Assembly (NCBI GenBank): GCA_035084275.1
Contig: CM068762.1
Location: 3,348,001 to 3,412,000, forward strand
Reading direction: 5' to 3'
DNA: 64,000 bases
DNA from: Hydrolagus colliei
Taxonomy: Eukaryota
The translations under genes were made by a program, and so were the position numbers. Numbering within the stretch: position 1 is the stretch's first letter; each line of letters opens with the position of its first letter. The notes below the pieces were generated by a model. It was given only the letters and a program-made list of their open reading frames with translations, did no database searches and was not told the origin of the DNA. This document shows positions 1 through 12,569 of the stretch, piece by piece.

Positions 1-716
1 CCTCCCTAACCATCCATGAATCTCACTCTTGAAGGTGTGGGTGGATCCAGTTCAGGGCATTATTTACCCCTCCGCCCCCACCCCACCACCCCCTCCCACA
101 TCACCACCTCCCATCATCCCACTTCGCTATCTTCTCACCTTCTGTAGTGCAGAGCAGTGAACAGTTTGTTTACTCTGTGGAAAGTACAGTAACTAAAACT
201 GACCTATATTTTCACCTTCTCTTTTCTGTGTCTGTGTCAATTATAGTGGGTAAAAAAAAAGTTCACTATCCTGTACTGCAGAATGGAGAGAAGACAGCAA
301 AGAGAGATACGGGGAAGTGGTGGTTAGGGAGTAAACAATGCCTTGGATTGGATCCATCTATGCCTTAAAGATTGAGGTTGATAGATTTTTGGTAGATCAG
401 GGTATTAAGGGATATGGGGAGAAAGCGACAAAAATTTAATTGAAAGAATTAGTTGAGGTACAGATCGGCTGTGATTTAATTAAATGGTGGAACAGGCTGG
501 AAGGGCTGAATGGCCTTCTCCTGTTCTTATGTGCCTGTCCCTTTGTTCCTGTATTCCTCCGGTTGTGTCCTGAGCCGTGATTTGGATGATACGTTTTGCC
601 CACAAAATATACATTCATTTTACAGATATACTCTGTGAAATCATAATAATTTTAGACGTGATAAGGCGCTGTATCAAAAGCAAGGATCATCATCATCATT
701 ATTATTGTATTTTCAG

Positions 717-837
717 GGAAAGAGGGATGAACACGTTTCTGTTCCGCCCTCACTGCGGTGAGGCAGGAGCCGTGACCCATCTCCTGACGGCCTTCATGAC
801 CGCGGACAACATCTCGCATGGACTCAATCTGAAAAAG
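717..837 (+). CDS. AMPD1: AMP deaminase 1, internal coding exon ([18 protein letters not shown]...HGLNLKK)
   Basis: tttcag acceptor, AAG|gtcagt donor; translation matches the AMPD HCGEAG catalytic motif; MNTFLF and GLNLKK are AMPD1-like. Confidence 0.93.
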
Positions 838-1085
838 GTCAGTGTGGAGAGGGGGGGGGGGGGGGGGGTGGCCTTGCTGACGCCTGCAGCGTTCAGAGAT
901 CAGCGCGGCGAAGTGATCGGTATGAAAATAAACAGTTACAGGGGACGGTTACAGTCAGACTCTTGCCGGCTGCTTGGGGTTTTCCTCCTGGTATTGCTGG
1001 TGATGACTCAATCAAAGTGCCACCTTGGTTACCCATTTAAAGTGACTCCAATTCCAGTTTCACTTAAAGGCACGTTGGCACGTTG

Positions 1086-1310
1086 TGTCAGCCTGCCTCA
1101 GGGGTAGCGCTTTTACATCTTGAGTCGGAAACTTGTGTGTCTAAGCCTCACGTCAGGACTTGGAATCACATTGACTATGGTGATGCTCCAGTGCAGCGCT
1201 GTCAGAAGTGCCTGCCGTCCTTTGGGTGAGATGTTAAACCGAGCTCCCCGCCTGCCTGTTCAGGTGGATGTGAAAGATTTCGTAGCACTCTTTGGAAAGT
1301 GAAGGGAGCC
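1086..1310 (+). mobile_element. Older DeuSINE (SacSINE1/AmnSINE-like) fragment
   Basis: GTGCC-GTCCTTTGGGTGAGATGTTAAACCGAG...CAGGTGGATGTGAAAGAT resembles the 5' Deu domain; similar fragments near 31560-31760, 45150-45430, 50050-50340, 53270-53540 and 55990-56240. Confidence 0.65.
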
Positions 1311-2337
1311 TCTCACGAGATGTTTCTCTTTCGCACTGAATTGAGGAAAAACTTCTTCACTTAGAGGGTAATGAATTTATGGAATTCTCTACCCCAAAGG
1401 GCTACAGGCCTTGAACATATTCAAGACTGAGATTGATAGATTTCTTGTGGAAAAAAGGATCAAGGGATATGGGGATAAGGCCGGTAGATGGAGTTATATT
1501 AGAAGATCAGCCATGATCTTATTGAATGGCAGGGCAGGCTCGAGGGGGTGAATGGCCTACTCCTGCTCCTAATTCTTATGTTCTTATGTCTGGTATGACT
1601 CTTTTCAAATCAATGCCCCCATTTGCTTCCTGATTCTCTTACACATTTTGATATTCTGCTGCACAAAAGGGGCTTCATTTCAAATAAGAGTTAAATGTCT
1701 TTTGATCTGTTGTTCCCCCAAATGCCTCATTTGGTCGAGTGCTGTCTATATGTTGTCTATATTGAGTGCTGTCTTTACGGTTCAGTGCCTAGTTACCTAT
1801 TGAGATAGTGGAGTTGGCCTCAGTATCCCTCTGTTGGGGAGAGGGAAAGTCTGTCAAGTTCCTCCTGCTGTGGACAACCTGTTGGAGTCTGGAACTGTGT
1901 GGAATTTGTACACGGACTGGATCGGGTTTAAACACGCCCACTCCCAATGACTGATGCCAGCCAACACTTATTGACCAGGCTCACAGGTTTCAAAATGGTC
2001 ACTGGTGGGGAAGTGAAGGAAAAGAGCCATTTTTACCATGTGTCCTCTTTTCTCTTACTTCTCTTAACTTGCACTGATATAGTATCTTGTGCAAGGTGGC
2101 ATCCCCGAGCCCTTCAATGCAGAGCTATCAGGATAAGAGTGAAAGTTGGAGGGGTGGAAAGTCTAAATCTCATTTTAGAGCACCGGGTCTCCATGATACA
2201 ACACTGTCTGTTTAGTAGTTAGCAAGGCTGGGGTTTGATAAACAGATGTGGTGGTGACCTACTTAGATGGAACATTTTAAGTTAAAAGTTTTGTGGTTAG
2301 AGCACTCGCCTTGCAAGCGAGAGCACCTGGTTTTGAT

Positions 2338-2643
2338 ATAATAATACTTGCAATTGATGTAACGCTGTTCACGTATCTTAGACGTCTCAAAGCGCGTCAC
2401 AGAATATACTGTAAAGTGAATTAACTGTATATTTGTGGGCAAATCGCGGCAGCCAAATACGCACAGCAGTGTCCCACAAACAGTCATGGATTGAAATGAC
2501 AAATTCATTACAGTTTTTTTGTGTTTGAGGGATTATTAGGTGTGCGGAGTAAGAAACTTACCCAACGTTTTGCCCTGACCTTCCTGGATTCGAACACAGG
2601 TCTCATGCTTGTAAAGCAAGTGCTCTAACCACTGAGCTACAGC
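2338..2643 (-). mobile_element. tRNA/Deu SINE
   Basis: Reverse complement of the family consensus. Confidence 0.8.
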
Positions 2644-2887
2644 TTTCTAATATACTGTAAAGTGGATTGACTGTGTATTTTGTGGGTGAGCGGGGGATAC
2701 CACTTCGCCAGGCTGATGCACACATATGTTTTCGGGGTTGTGATTCTACTTGTGTGATGTGTGGTTGGTTGGGTTACCTGTGAAGCGCTTTGAGTTGTCT
2801 CAAAGACATGATAAGACGCTCAATCAAATGCAAGGATTATTATTGTTAATATTAAGGCTGATCAAGTTGATCTGTGACCCCCCCCAG

Positions 2888-3061
2888 AGCCCAGTCCTGC
2901 AGTACCTGTACTTCCTGACCCAGATCCCCATCGCCATGTCTCCCCTCAGCAACAACAGCCTATTCCTGGAGTATGCCAAGAACCCACTGCTGGAGTACAT
3001 GCAGAAAGGGCTGATGGTCTCACTCTCCACCGATGATCCCATGCAGTTCCATTACACCAAG
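2888..3061 (+). CDS. AMPD1: AMP deaminase 1, internal coding exon (SPVLQYL...[14 protein letters not shown])
   Basis: cccag acceptor, AAG|gtaagt donor; 174 nt, phase 0-0; contains the SLSTDDP signature. Confidence 0.95.
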
Positions 3062-3890
3062 GTAAGTGAGGGTCTCGGGCTGGGCACCAGGACTCATTGA
3101 TGTCCTTTGGTCACCACTGCAGCTACTGGCATGGGCGGAGATTTACGTCCTGAAGAATTGAGTATAAAAGTAGGGAGGTAATGTTACATTTAAATAAAAC
3201 TACATTTGCACAGTTCTGGTCACTACATTACACAAAGGATAGTAATTTTATTATTAAAGGGAGTTTAAGTGGACCTTCTTCACGCAGAGGTTGATGAGTG
3301 TGTGTCACACTCTGTGATAAAAGCAAATAGCACCCATAATAATAATTCTTATTATAATATAATTATAAATATAAAATATATAATCATAAAAATGATTATT
3401 ATTAGGAGTGTGGAGTAAGGACAGTTGCTGAAGGTTTTACCTTTCCTCGAATTGAACCGAGATCTTTCGCTTATAAAGCGAGTGCTCTAACCACTGAGCT
3501 ACAGTTTAATTGCCAAAATTGTACATCCACCTGAGTCCCATCAGTTTCCTATCAAAATCACTTTGGTTTAATGGGAGGGTGGCCTAAGGCGCGGTCGAAG
3601 AGGAAGGTCTTTAGATGTTACTTGAACGTATTCAATGTGGTTAAGAGGAAAACATGATTTGTGCGTGAGCGGGAAGGGAAGAGAGGGGGATAGCAGAGGG
3701 GAATATGAGGGTTGTTTAGTTGCGGGCATGATTGCATTAGCGCAGACTAGTTTCCAAGCCGCATCACTCGACGTAACTCTATCTAATTCTATGTTTTGTG
3801 CTGAGCTAGTAGGTTAGTGCTATTGCTAGAGCTGATATCTCTGAGATCTTGGGATTTGCAACAGGAACCAACACCAACAAGCGACGGACT

Positions 3891-4065
3891 GAAATAGAAA
3901 CAGAAGTCACTGGGAACACTCAGCAGCTCAGGCAGCAGAACTCTGATGAAAAGTCATTGACCTGAAACGTTGACTCACTTTCCTCTCTCCATAGATGCTG
4001 CCTGACCGGCTGAGTGTTCCCAGCGACTTCTGTTTATATTTCAGATTTCCAGCCCCTGCAGGGTT
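3891..4065. mobile_element. Penelope-like terminal fragment forming a 47-bp inverted repeat around a hammerhead-like core
   Basis: Arms 3891-3937 and 3996-4042; the loop contains CTGATGA...GAAACGTT. Confidence 0.65.
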
Positions 4066-4133
4066 GTGCCTTTTGTTAAATGACTGATCTCAGAGTGGAT
4101 CGACAATGGTGACTGTGTGTTGTCTGTTGGCAG

Positions 4134-4244
4134 GAACCCCTGATGGAGGAGTACGCCATCGCAGCCCAGGTCTTCAAGCTGAGCACCTGTGACATGTGTG
4201 AGATCGCCCGAAACAGCGTCCTGCAGAGCGGCTTCTCTGAGCAG
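4134..4244 (+). CDS. AMPD1: AMP deaminase 1, penultimate coding exon ([37 protein letters not shown])
   Basis: ggcag acceptor, CAG|gtacct donor; 111 nt, phase 0-0; [12 protein letters not shown] is AMPD1-type. Confidence 0.95.
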
Positions 4245-5446
4245 GTACCTCCTGTCAGCCCTACATCACAGTCAGCCCTACATTATACAGATAGCTCTAC
4301 ACAACAACAACAACAACAAAATTACATTTATAGAATATACATTATATCACATCAGGAGGCGCTGAACAGTCAGGTTGGGAACCGACCAAGGGAGAGGGGA
4401 AGGGTAGTGGGGAGGGATGGGAGAAATATGGAGGGGAGGGAAAGAGTTGGGAGGGCAGCAGAAGGCACAATCGAAGCGGAAGATCTTCAGACCGGCCTTG
4501 AAGGAGGTGAGGGAGGGAGCGAGGTGAAGGGACTGTGGGATTGAGTTCCAGAGTGTGGGAGCAGAGAGGCTGAAACAAAGGTAGGGCAGGTTGGGTGGGG
4601 ACATGGAGCAGACAGGAGCCCGCTGAATGGAGGGGCGGGCAGGTTCATAGGGGAACAACATATCAGAGAGATAGGAGGGGGCAAAGCCTTGAAAGTGAGG
4701 ACGAGGATCTTGAATTCGATTCTCGAGGATGGGGAGCCAATGGATCCTGGCGAGGGTGGGAGTGATGTGGTTGCGGAGCTTGGTACAGTCAGCCCTACAC
4801 TACATAGTCATTTCTACACTCCTTCCCCATCCTCAGGTCGAGCCTGAAGACCTTTCTCTTCGAACGCACTTATGGTCACTTTCCACCTCCCCCTGGCTGC
4901 CATTGTTCTGAGACGCTGGCGGGCGTGGAGGGCGCTATATAAATTCAAGTTGTTGTTGTTGCTACCCTACATGGTGTAAACTACACGACATATTCAGTCC
5001 TCCAAGACATACCTCCTCGTGTTATGCAGTCAATCATAGTCAGGGAGGGAGAGGCTGCTTTTAGAAGGATAACTGTTTCTATATTAAAGAAACTAAAATA
5101 TTCCTGAAGGATTCCAACCGGAGAGTTTTGAAGTTAAACCATCTCAATCGCATCTTTGTAGATTCGAACTTGCCATATACTGCGCATATAACCCAGTCCC
5201 CAAGCCTTGGCTGTTGCCTAATGCTGCGCCTAACACCCTCTGGAATTAGGTAAACAGGAAGCCTCCCTCCAGGGAGAGAGAGAGTGCGCATTCCACTCCA
5301 ACAATGTATCTCTGGGATTTCCATGTGTAGGTGGGAGACGTGGAATTCTCATCTTGGTTTGGATACTCTTAAGCATGGTGATGGGTTTCCACATGTGTCA
5401 AGACACCTGGCTGAGCAAAACAAACAAAGGACGGCACATCCTTTGT

Positions 5447-5775
5447 GGAGCTCCTGTAGCTCAGTGGTTAGAGCACTTGCCTTACAAGCCAGAGATCTGG
5501 GTTCAACTCCAGGCATGTCTGGGCGAAACCTTGGGCAAGTTTCCTTACTCCACATACCTGATAATAATTCCTCAAAATAAAACAGTGATAGATTGGTCAT
5601 TTCAATCCACGACTTTTTTGTGTGGGACACTGCTGTGCGCAATTGGCTGCTGCGTTTCGCCCACGTGTGTGTATATATATACAATCAATTAACTTTACAG
5701 TATGTTCTGTGAAGCGCTTTGAGATATCTAAAAAACGCTATATCAAATGCAAGGATTATTATTATTATTATTATC
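5447..5775 (+). mobile_element. tRNA-derived SINE with partial Deu domain and L2-like tail (dominant family, dozens of copies)
   Basis: A/B-box head GGAGCTCCTGTAGCTCAGTGGTTAGAGC...GGTTCAACTCC, core GTGGGACACTGCTGTGCGCAATTGGCTGC, (TTA)n tail. Confidence 0.88.
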
Positions 5776-6004
5776 ATCCAACAATGGGAGGCTCCCCCCA
5801 GCACTGCTGGAGCCATTACCTGCCTTTGTTGATCATATTTTCTCTGTAATTATTCTCTGTGTAGCTGCTAACCCCTCTGTGCCGATCCTCAGTACCAGCT
5901 CTAATATAGTGTGTCCTGGTTTCCTAATTCACCTCGCGACCTGACCTGTCTGTCCCATCTCCTGGTGTCTCTTTAAACTCTATCCCTTCACTCTTGCCTG
6001 ACAG

Positions 6005-6163
6005 GAGAAGAGCGATTTCCTGGGACCTAACTACCGTAAGGAGGGCCCCGAAGGTAATGAGATTCGGAAGACAAACGTGTCCCAGATCCGGATGGCTTAC
6101 CGCTATGAAACCCTCTGCTATGAACTGAACCTGATCTTGGAAGGCATTCGCGGCTCAGAGTAA
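6005..6163 (+). CDS. AMPD1: AMP deaminase 1, terminal coding exon ([10 protein letters not shown]...[14 protein letters not shown])
   Basis: Hand-translated (too short for the ORF track); gacag acceptor, TAA at 6161-6163; the C-terminus resembles AMPD1 YELNLIAEGLKSTE. Confidence 0.93.
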   Translation, partial: EKSDFLGPNYRKEGPEGNEIRKTNVSQIRMAYRYETLCYELNLILEGIRGSE

Positions 6164-6340
6164 CAGCGTGAGAGTTGGCGCTTCACATTCCATCCGCGGG
6201 CTGGAATCTGTGGGATTAAGAGTCGATTGCCTGCCATTATTGAATAACACTGGAAAATCATACAATCTCCCAGTATTATTTGTTCCTAGAAACTCCAGCT
6301 TTGGTAGCTCCAGGTATACTGGGACCTAACACCCAACAGT

Positions 6341-6668
6341 GGAGCTCCTGTAGCTCAGTGGTTAGAGCACTCACCTCACAAGCGTGAGACCTGTGTTCAA
6401 ATCCAGGCAGGTCAGGGCGAAACCTTGGGCAAGTTTCCTTAGTCCACACACATGCCTAATAATAATCCGTCCCAAGAAAACCAAACACTATTGTAAAATT
6501 GGTCTTTGCAATCCACGACTGCTTGTGGGACACTGCTGTGTGTAATTGGCTGCTGTGTTTCGCCCACAAATATACAGTCAATTCACTTCACATTATATTC
6601 TGTGAAGCGCTTTGAGACGTTGATAAGATGTGAAAAACGCTATATCAAATGCAAAGATTATTATTATA
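6341..6668 (+). mobile_element. tRNA/Deu SINE, full length
   Basis: Same head, core and tail as the 5447 copy. Confidence 0.88.
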
Positions 6669-7538
6669 ACACACAATCAGACACCTGAGCGTAAGAATTG
6701 TTTGGTGAAGAAGAACTAGGTCCACCCAGTTCACCTCCCACCATTCTGGCAGTCGCATGCATGTTGTAAACTATATTCTGATATCCGTATATATTACTTT
6801 CTAGCAGAAAGCTATCTAATTTGTTCTTAAAAGCATCCACACTTTCTGCTTCCAACGTCTCCTAAGAAAGTGTTCCATATTTTAACACTCGCTCGCTCAC
6901 TGAAGTAGTGTTTCTGCAGATTTTTCTGAAAATAGCCTTCACCCCCTCCCTCCTACTTCCATCGCAGACCTTATCCTCAAGTTCTACTATTCAGTATAAG
7001 GTAAAACAGCTTGTTTAGACACTTAAAGACACATAATCATATCGTCCCTCAACCTTATAAGACCTGACAAACCTTCACATCTCGCTCTGCAGGGAGCTCT
7101 CTACCTTGAGCACTAGCATGAATTCTCACAGCACCTGAAGGTTCTATGTACTAGGGATATAACTGAGGTATTTCTCCTTCCACCTTCCCCACTGTCCCCC
7201 CGCCTCCCTCCACCCCCCCACCCCACCCCCACCTCCGGTGTGTTCTGTTTACGCAACCACTGATGGAAGTAAAGTAACAAGCTCAAGTTGTGTTTGTTTC
7301 ATTTTGTAAAAGTTTGACATAAGCACTACATAACCACTGTTTGTCGTGAGCTGCCTCTGGACAATTCGCTGCAATTTATATATCCACCTTAAACTCTGTA
7401 GGAGTCTGTCTTCAACAAGTGGCCGTGTCTCTGAGTTCGACGACCCTTTAAAAGTCAACTCAGGGAACCTAACCATTAGAAGAATATGGAACATACTGCC
7501 ATCCGAAAGCTTAGATACAGACGAGAGAGAGAGCTGTA

Positions 7539-7908
7539 CAGGTAGACCCCGCTTAACACAGTCCCACTTAACATCTTTTTGTTTTTACGCTGCTGATACA
7601 TTGGGAACATATATTCATTTAACGTTGCAACGTTCTCTATTACATTGTTGGCGCGGGTGGAAAGGGGGCACGATGAAGCTAGGACCTGGGAGTGAGCCAG
7701 GCCGGCAGCGAGTGAGTGAGCCGGGCAGGCAGTTAGGGAGTGCATATTATGGGTTTTTTAAAAGAAAATTTAGATGAAAAATATCCAAAAGAACCTAACT
7801 CCAGTTTTTACATTAATTCTTATGGGAAAAATGTATTCACTTAACGTCGTTTCGCTTAAAGTCGCACTTTTCAAGAACCAAACTACGACGTTCAGCAGGG
7901 GATACCTG
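7539..7908. mobile_element. TcMar/Tigger-like MITE (second family)
   Basis: TA-CAGGTAGACCCCGCTTAAC ... GGGGATACCTG-TA. Confidence 0.78.
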
Positions 7909-9389
7909 TACTTCGGAATTAAAGACCAGGAGGAAAGGTAGGGAAACGGGAAAAAAATGCCATGAAGCAACTGAGCAGGTTTGATGGGCTGAGTGTCCTA
8001 CCCTGACATCGGCAGAATCCTGTGGCTTGGTTGGTTGGAGCCCTCGCCTCGCAAGCGAGAGGACCCAGGTTTGATTCTTGAGCAGGGCAAAACATTGGAC
8101 ACGTTTCCTTACTCCACCTGCCTACTACTCCACCTGCCTATTTATCTCTCAGGAAGTAGGAACCCAGTTGTTCCTGGGATTAATAATCCCTTAAAAATAT
8201 ATTAATTTCATCGTTCAATCCATGACCTTTGTGGGACACTGATGTGCTCAATTGGCTGCCGCATTTCGCTCATATAGACAATTCACTTTACAGTATACTC
8301 TGTGAAGCGCTTTGAGACGTCCGGAGAATGTGATGACACTATATCGCAAGCAAGGAATATTATTATCCGTGTTTGTGATAATACACTAATATTTGTCCAG
8401 TTTGAGCAGGGGTTTGAGAATGGACTCTGAAGTCACCCAGGAGTGAAGCGTTGAATTTTTTCAACATGGATTTTTCAGTACTCCGTTGTGTTTTGGCTAC
8501 TTCAGTGCCTTGGGATGTCCTCCTGATGTGAAAGGCCCTGTACAAATGTAATTTTGTTGTATTTTGTGGTTACTTCCTGCCTCTGCCCCTCTCTCCCTCA
8601 AACACACACGCACATTGCTCATACACCACATTGGTTAGGCCTCTCCGTTTCTGTAAAGTTACTCTCCTACATAAAGAATAATAATAATAATCCATGTGTT
8701 CGAAATGGTAATAACAGCTATGAAGTGAATAACCAATTTTAATCTATGGGATTGTTGGCCAGGACACTGGGAGAGGGAAACTCCTTTCTCTTTTCCAGTA
8801 ACGCCACAGTATCTGTGATGTCCACCTGAACAGAGAGAAATGAGACCACAACAACAAATTACATTTACATGGCGCCTTTCGCATCAGGAGGACAAGAAAC
8901 GTGCTGCGCGGGCAAATCATACACGATCATCTCAAAATGTGGCTGGTGCTTACGGAGGGAGAAAGGTCCCAAGTTCCATTCCTGATCAACACCGAATCAG
9001 TTGGGTTGACCACGACAACTCTACCACTTATTGGTCAGGCTACAGAATACAGTTCTGGTTCCTGTATCAGGGCAACGCAGAGTTGGGCTGATCCCCAGTG
9101 TCAAAGGAATGAGCTACGAGCGGTTAGACAACCTAGGACTCTTCAGGCTTGAGAGAAGATGTCTCAGAAGGGACCTTTTAGAGGTTTATACCATTTTGAT
9201 TGGGGTTAAATACGGAAAGTTGAGGAACAAAAGGACAGACACCAGGAAGTTTTTCTTTACCCGGTGAGTACTTATTGACCGGAACAGGGTTTCCAGGAAA
9301 GGTGGGAAAGGCCAGGACATGGGAGCGAATGAAAATGATGAGATACAATGTATCACAGATACACAGAGCGTATCAGAGCACTTAAAGTC

Positions 9390-9680
9390 TGGGAGCACTC
9401 GCCTTGCAAGCGAGAGACCTGGGTTCGATTCCAGGCTGGGCCAAACCTCGGGCAAGATCGCTTACTCCACATACCTCCTAATAATCCCTTGAAGTAAAAA
9501 TAATAAATCGGTCATTTCAATCCACGACTGTTTGTGGGTCACTGTTGTGCACAATTGGCTGTCGTGTTTCTCCCACAAATATACAGTGAATTCACTTTAC
9601 AGCATATTCTGTGAAGCACTTTGAGACGTCGATAAGATGTGAAAAGCGCTATATCAAATGCAGGGATTATAATGATAATA
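9390..9680 (+). mobile_element. tRNA/Deu SINE
   Basis: Family head, core and tail present. Confidence 0.8.
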
Positions 9681-9966
9681 ATCCTCGCGTTTGATACGGT
9701 GCCTTATCGATGTCTCAAAAACGCCAACCCACCCTGCAGCTTACCCCCACCCCCCCCACCCCCCCCCCACCCCCCCCACCATCCAGAAGGTTCCTCCCAG
9801 CAAACGTCACTACCTCTTTCCCCAGAGAGAACCTGCTCTATGGCCTTCAGCTCCCCTCCCTCCCCAACCCCAACCTGCCTCTGCCATCTCCACAGCCGGC
9901 CCTTGCTTCACGACCACACCCTCCCCCTCTAACCACCATCGCCATTTTGCCCCCGCTCTCTGGACC

Positions 9967-11415
9967 NNNNNNNNNNNNNNNNNNNNNNNNNNNNNNNNNN
10001 NNNNNNNNNNNNNNNNNNNNNNNNNNNNNNNNNNNNNNNNNNNNNNNNNNNNNNNNNNNNNNNNNNNNNNNNNNNNNNNNNNNNNNNNNNNNNNNNNNNN
10101 NNNNNNNNNNNNNNNNNNNNNNNNNNNNNNNNNNNNNNNNNNNNNNNNNNNNNNNNNNNNNNNNNNNNNNNNNNNNNNNNTCTTTACCTCTTTCAACACA
10201 TGTCAACATCTAACTGTTTGACCGCACTTTACCCCTCCCTCTGGTCTTTGAGACATCTCCAAGAACTTCTTAGAATACACTGTTAAGTCTCTTGTCTGTG
10301 TTTTTGTGGGCAGAACGCGGCAACCCATTGTGCACAGCAGTGTCCCACAATCAGTCGTGAAGCGAGTGACCAAATTCTTCTTGTATTATTATTACACACA
10401 CACTCTTTCTCTGTCACTCCCCCCTCATTCAACAACAACTTTGTTTTATACAGCGTCCGGGCGGCGTCTCAGAGCAGATAATAGCAGACAATAGCAGATC
10501 CCGGGACCCGAGCCAGGGGCGGGGGGAGAGAGGTGACCAAAGGCGCGGTCAAAGAGAAAGGTCTTCAGCTGTGACATGAAACTGGAAGAGAGGGGGCGAA
10601 GGGAGTGAGGAAGGGAGTTCCAGAGCCTCGAGCCTAGTGGCTGAAGGCACGGCCGCCAAGGGTGGAGCGGAGGATTCGGGGGGACATGGAGGAGGCCAGA
10701 CCCAGAGGAGCGGAGGCAGTGGGTGCTGGGTTGGTGGGTTGGGGGGAGAGGAGATTAGAGAGATACGGGGGGGGGGGGGGCAGAGGAGTGGAGGGATTGA
10801 AAACAAGGGTANNNNNNNNNNNNNNNNNNNNNNNNNNNNNNNNNNNNNNNNNNNNNNNNNNNNNNNNNNNNNNNNNNNNNNNNNNNNNNNNNNNNNNNNN
10901 NNNNNNNNNNNNNNNNNNNNNNNNNNNNNNNNNNNNNNNNNNNNNNNNNNNNNNNNNNNNNNNNNNNNNNNNNNNNNNNNNNNNNNNNNNNNNNNNNNNN
11001 NNNNNNNNNNNTCCCACCCCCCTCCCCCTCCCCCGACTTCCCTCCCTCCCTGGTTCCCTCTCTATGCCCCCCCCCCCCCCGCCCCCCCTTACTACTTTGG
11101 CTTCCCAGCGCCTTGGGACGTCCTCCCGACATGAAAAGTGCTCTACACATCAAATTTGTTATTGTTACTCCCCCCCCCCCCCCCGTCACCTCTCCCCATC
11201 TCTCCCTGCTCCACTTTCCTGCTCTCCCCCCCCCCCCCCACCCCCCACCTCTCCTCCACCTTCTTCCTTCTCTCTCCACCCTTTCNNNNNNNNNNNNNNN
11301 NNNNNNNNNNNNNNNNNNNNNNNNNNNNNNNNNNNNNNNNNNNNNNNNNNNNNNNNNNNNNNNNNNNNNNNNNNNNNNNNNNNNNNNNNNNNNNNNNNNN
11401 NNNNNNNNNNNNNNN
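9967..11415. other. Three assembly gaps (9967-10180, 10812-11011, 11286-11415) flanked by poly-C/G
   Basis: N runs. Confidence 0.99.
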
Positions 11416-11439
11416 CTGTGTAATGTGTGTGTTTAGTGG

Positions 11440-12360
11440 ACCACCATACTGGTCACCCAGCTCCCCCTCCTCTGCCCACTGCTGGTGGACTCTTATCCGT
11501 ATTCCTTTACCTTGCTTTTCAGACTTTGTGTCGTTGTTCACTTTTAATTCAGGTTCTGAATTTAATTCATTGCTTTCCGCTGAATATGCTTTTTGGTCTA
11601 TATTAACCCTATCCTATCCTCCTATCCACAACATCTGTCATCCACCTCAGTGGGACCGCACTCGCCTGGCTCGAGTCCTACCTCACAAACCGCCAGCAGT
11701 ACATCTCCACAAATGGCTTTTCTTCCCGCTCTCACCCGGTTACCTGTGGGGTACCCCAGGGATCCATCCTCGGCCTCCTCCTCTTCCTCATCTATATGCT
11801 CCCTCTTGGGGATGTCATCCACAGACATGGGGCACACTTCCATATGTACGAGGATGACACCCAACTCTAATTCTCCACCTCACTTTGCGACCTCCAGTCC
11901 CCTGATGTACTGTCAGCCGGCCTGTCAGACATCAGGAGCTGGATGAGCGAGAATTTCCTGCAGCTGAATGTTGACAAGATGGGGACCATACTCTTTGGCT
12001 CTCGTCATCGTCTTCATTCACACGGCTCTCACCTCCTCCACCTTCCCGGCCTGCCCCTAAAACTCTCCGAACCTGTGCGCAACCTTGGCATCAGGTTCTT
12101 GTCCCCCGAATCCTCCGCTCCACCATCGGCGGCCGTACCTTCAGCCACTACGCCCTGACGTTCTGGAACTCCCTTCCTTACTTCCTGCGCCTCGCTCTCT
12201 CTCTTCCTAGTTTCAGGTCTCGGCTAAAGACCTTTCTGTTCGACCGCGAATTTGGTCACCTTTCTACCTCTGCCACTGGCTCGTCCACAGGATCTGTTAT
12301 TGTGATGCGCTCTGAGACGCCGTCCGGCATGGAGGGCGCTATATAAATAGAAGTTGTTGT
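11440..12360 (+). mobile_element. L2 LINE fragment with an internal deletion (same subfamily as 35821-37417)
   Basis: High similarity to the 36250-37415 sequence, with roughly 400 nt missing. Confidence 0.85.
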
Positions 12361-12569
12361 GTGTATACTGTGTTGTGTGTTTAGTGGTTGTTTTGTGATG
12401 TATGTATTTATATTAATAGTAATAATAATAATCCTTACATTTATATAGCGCTTTCCACATCTTATCGACGTGGAAAGTATACACCGTATTGGTCGTATAG
12501 TGTATCCTGTAGTGTGTGTTTATAGGTTGTGTGTATGTAACTGGATCTAGTTTTGGGGAATGAGGTGGG

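Noticed and set aside
9691-11857. Long ORFs containing X runs
   Set aside because: Artefacts of N gaps and poly-C/G tracts
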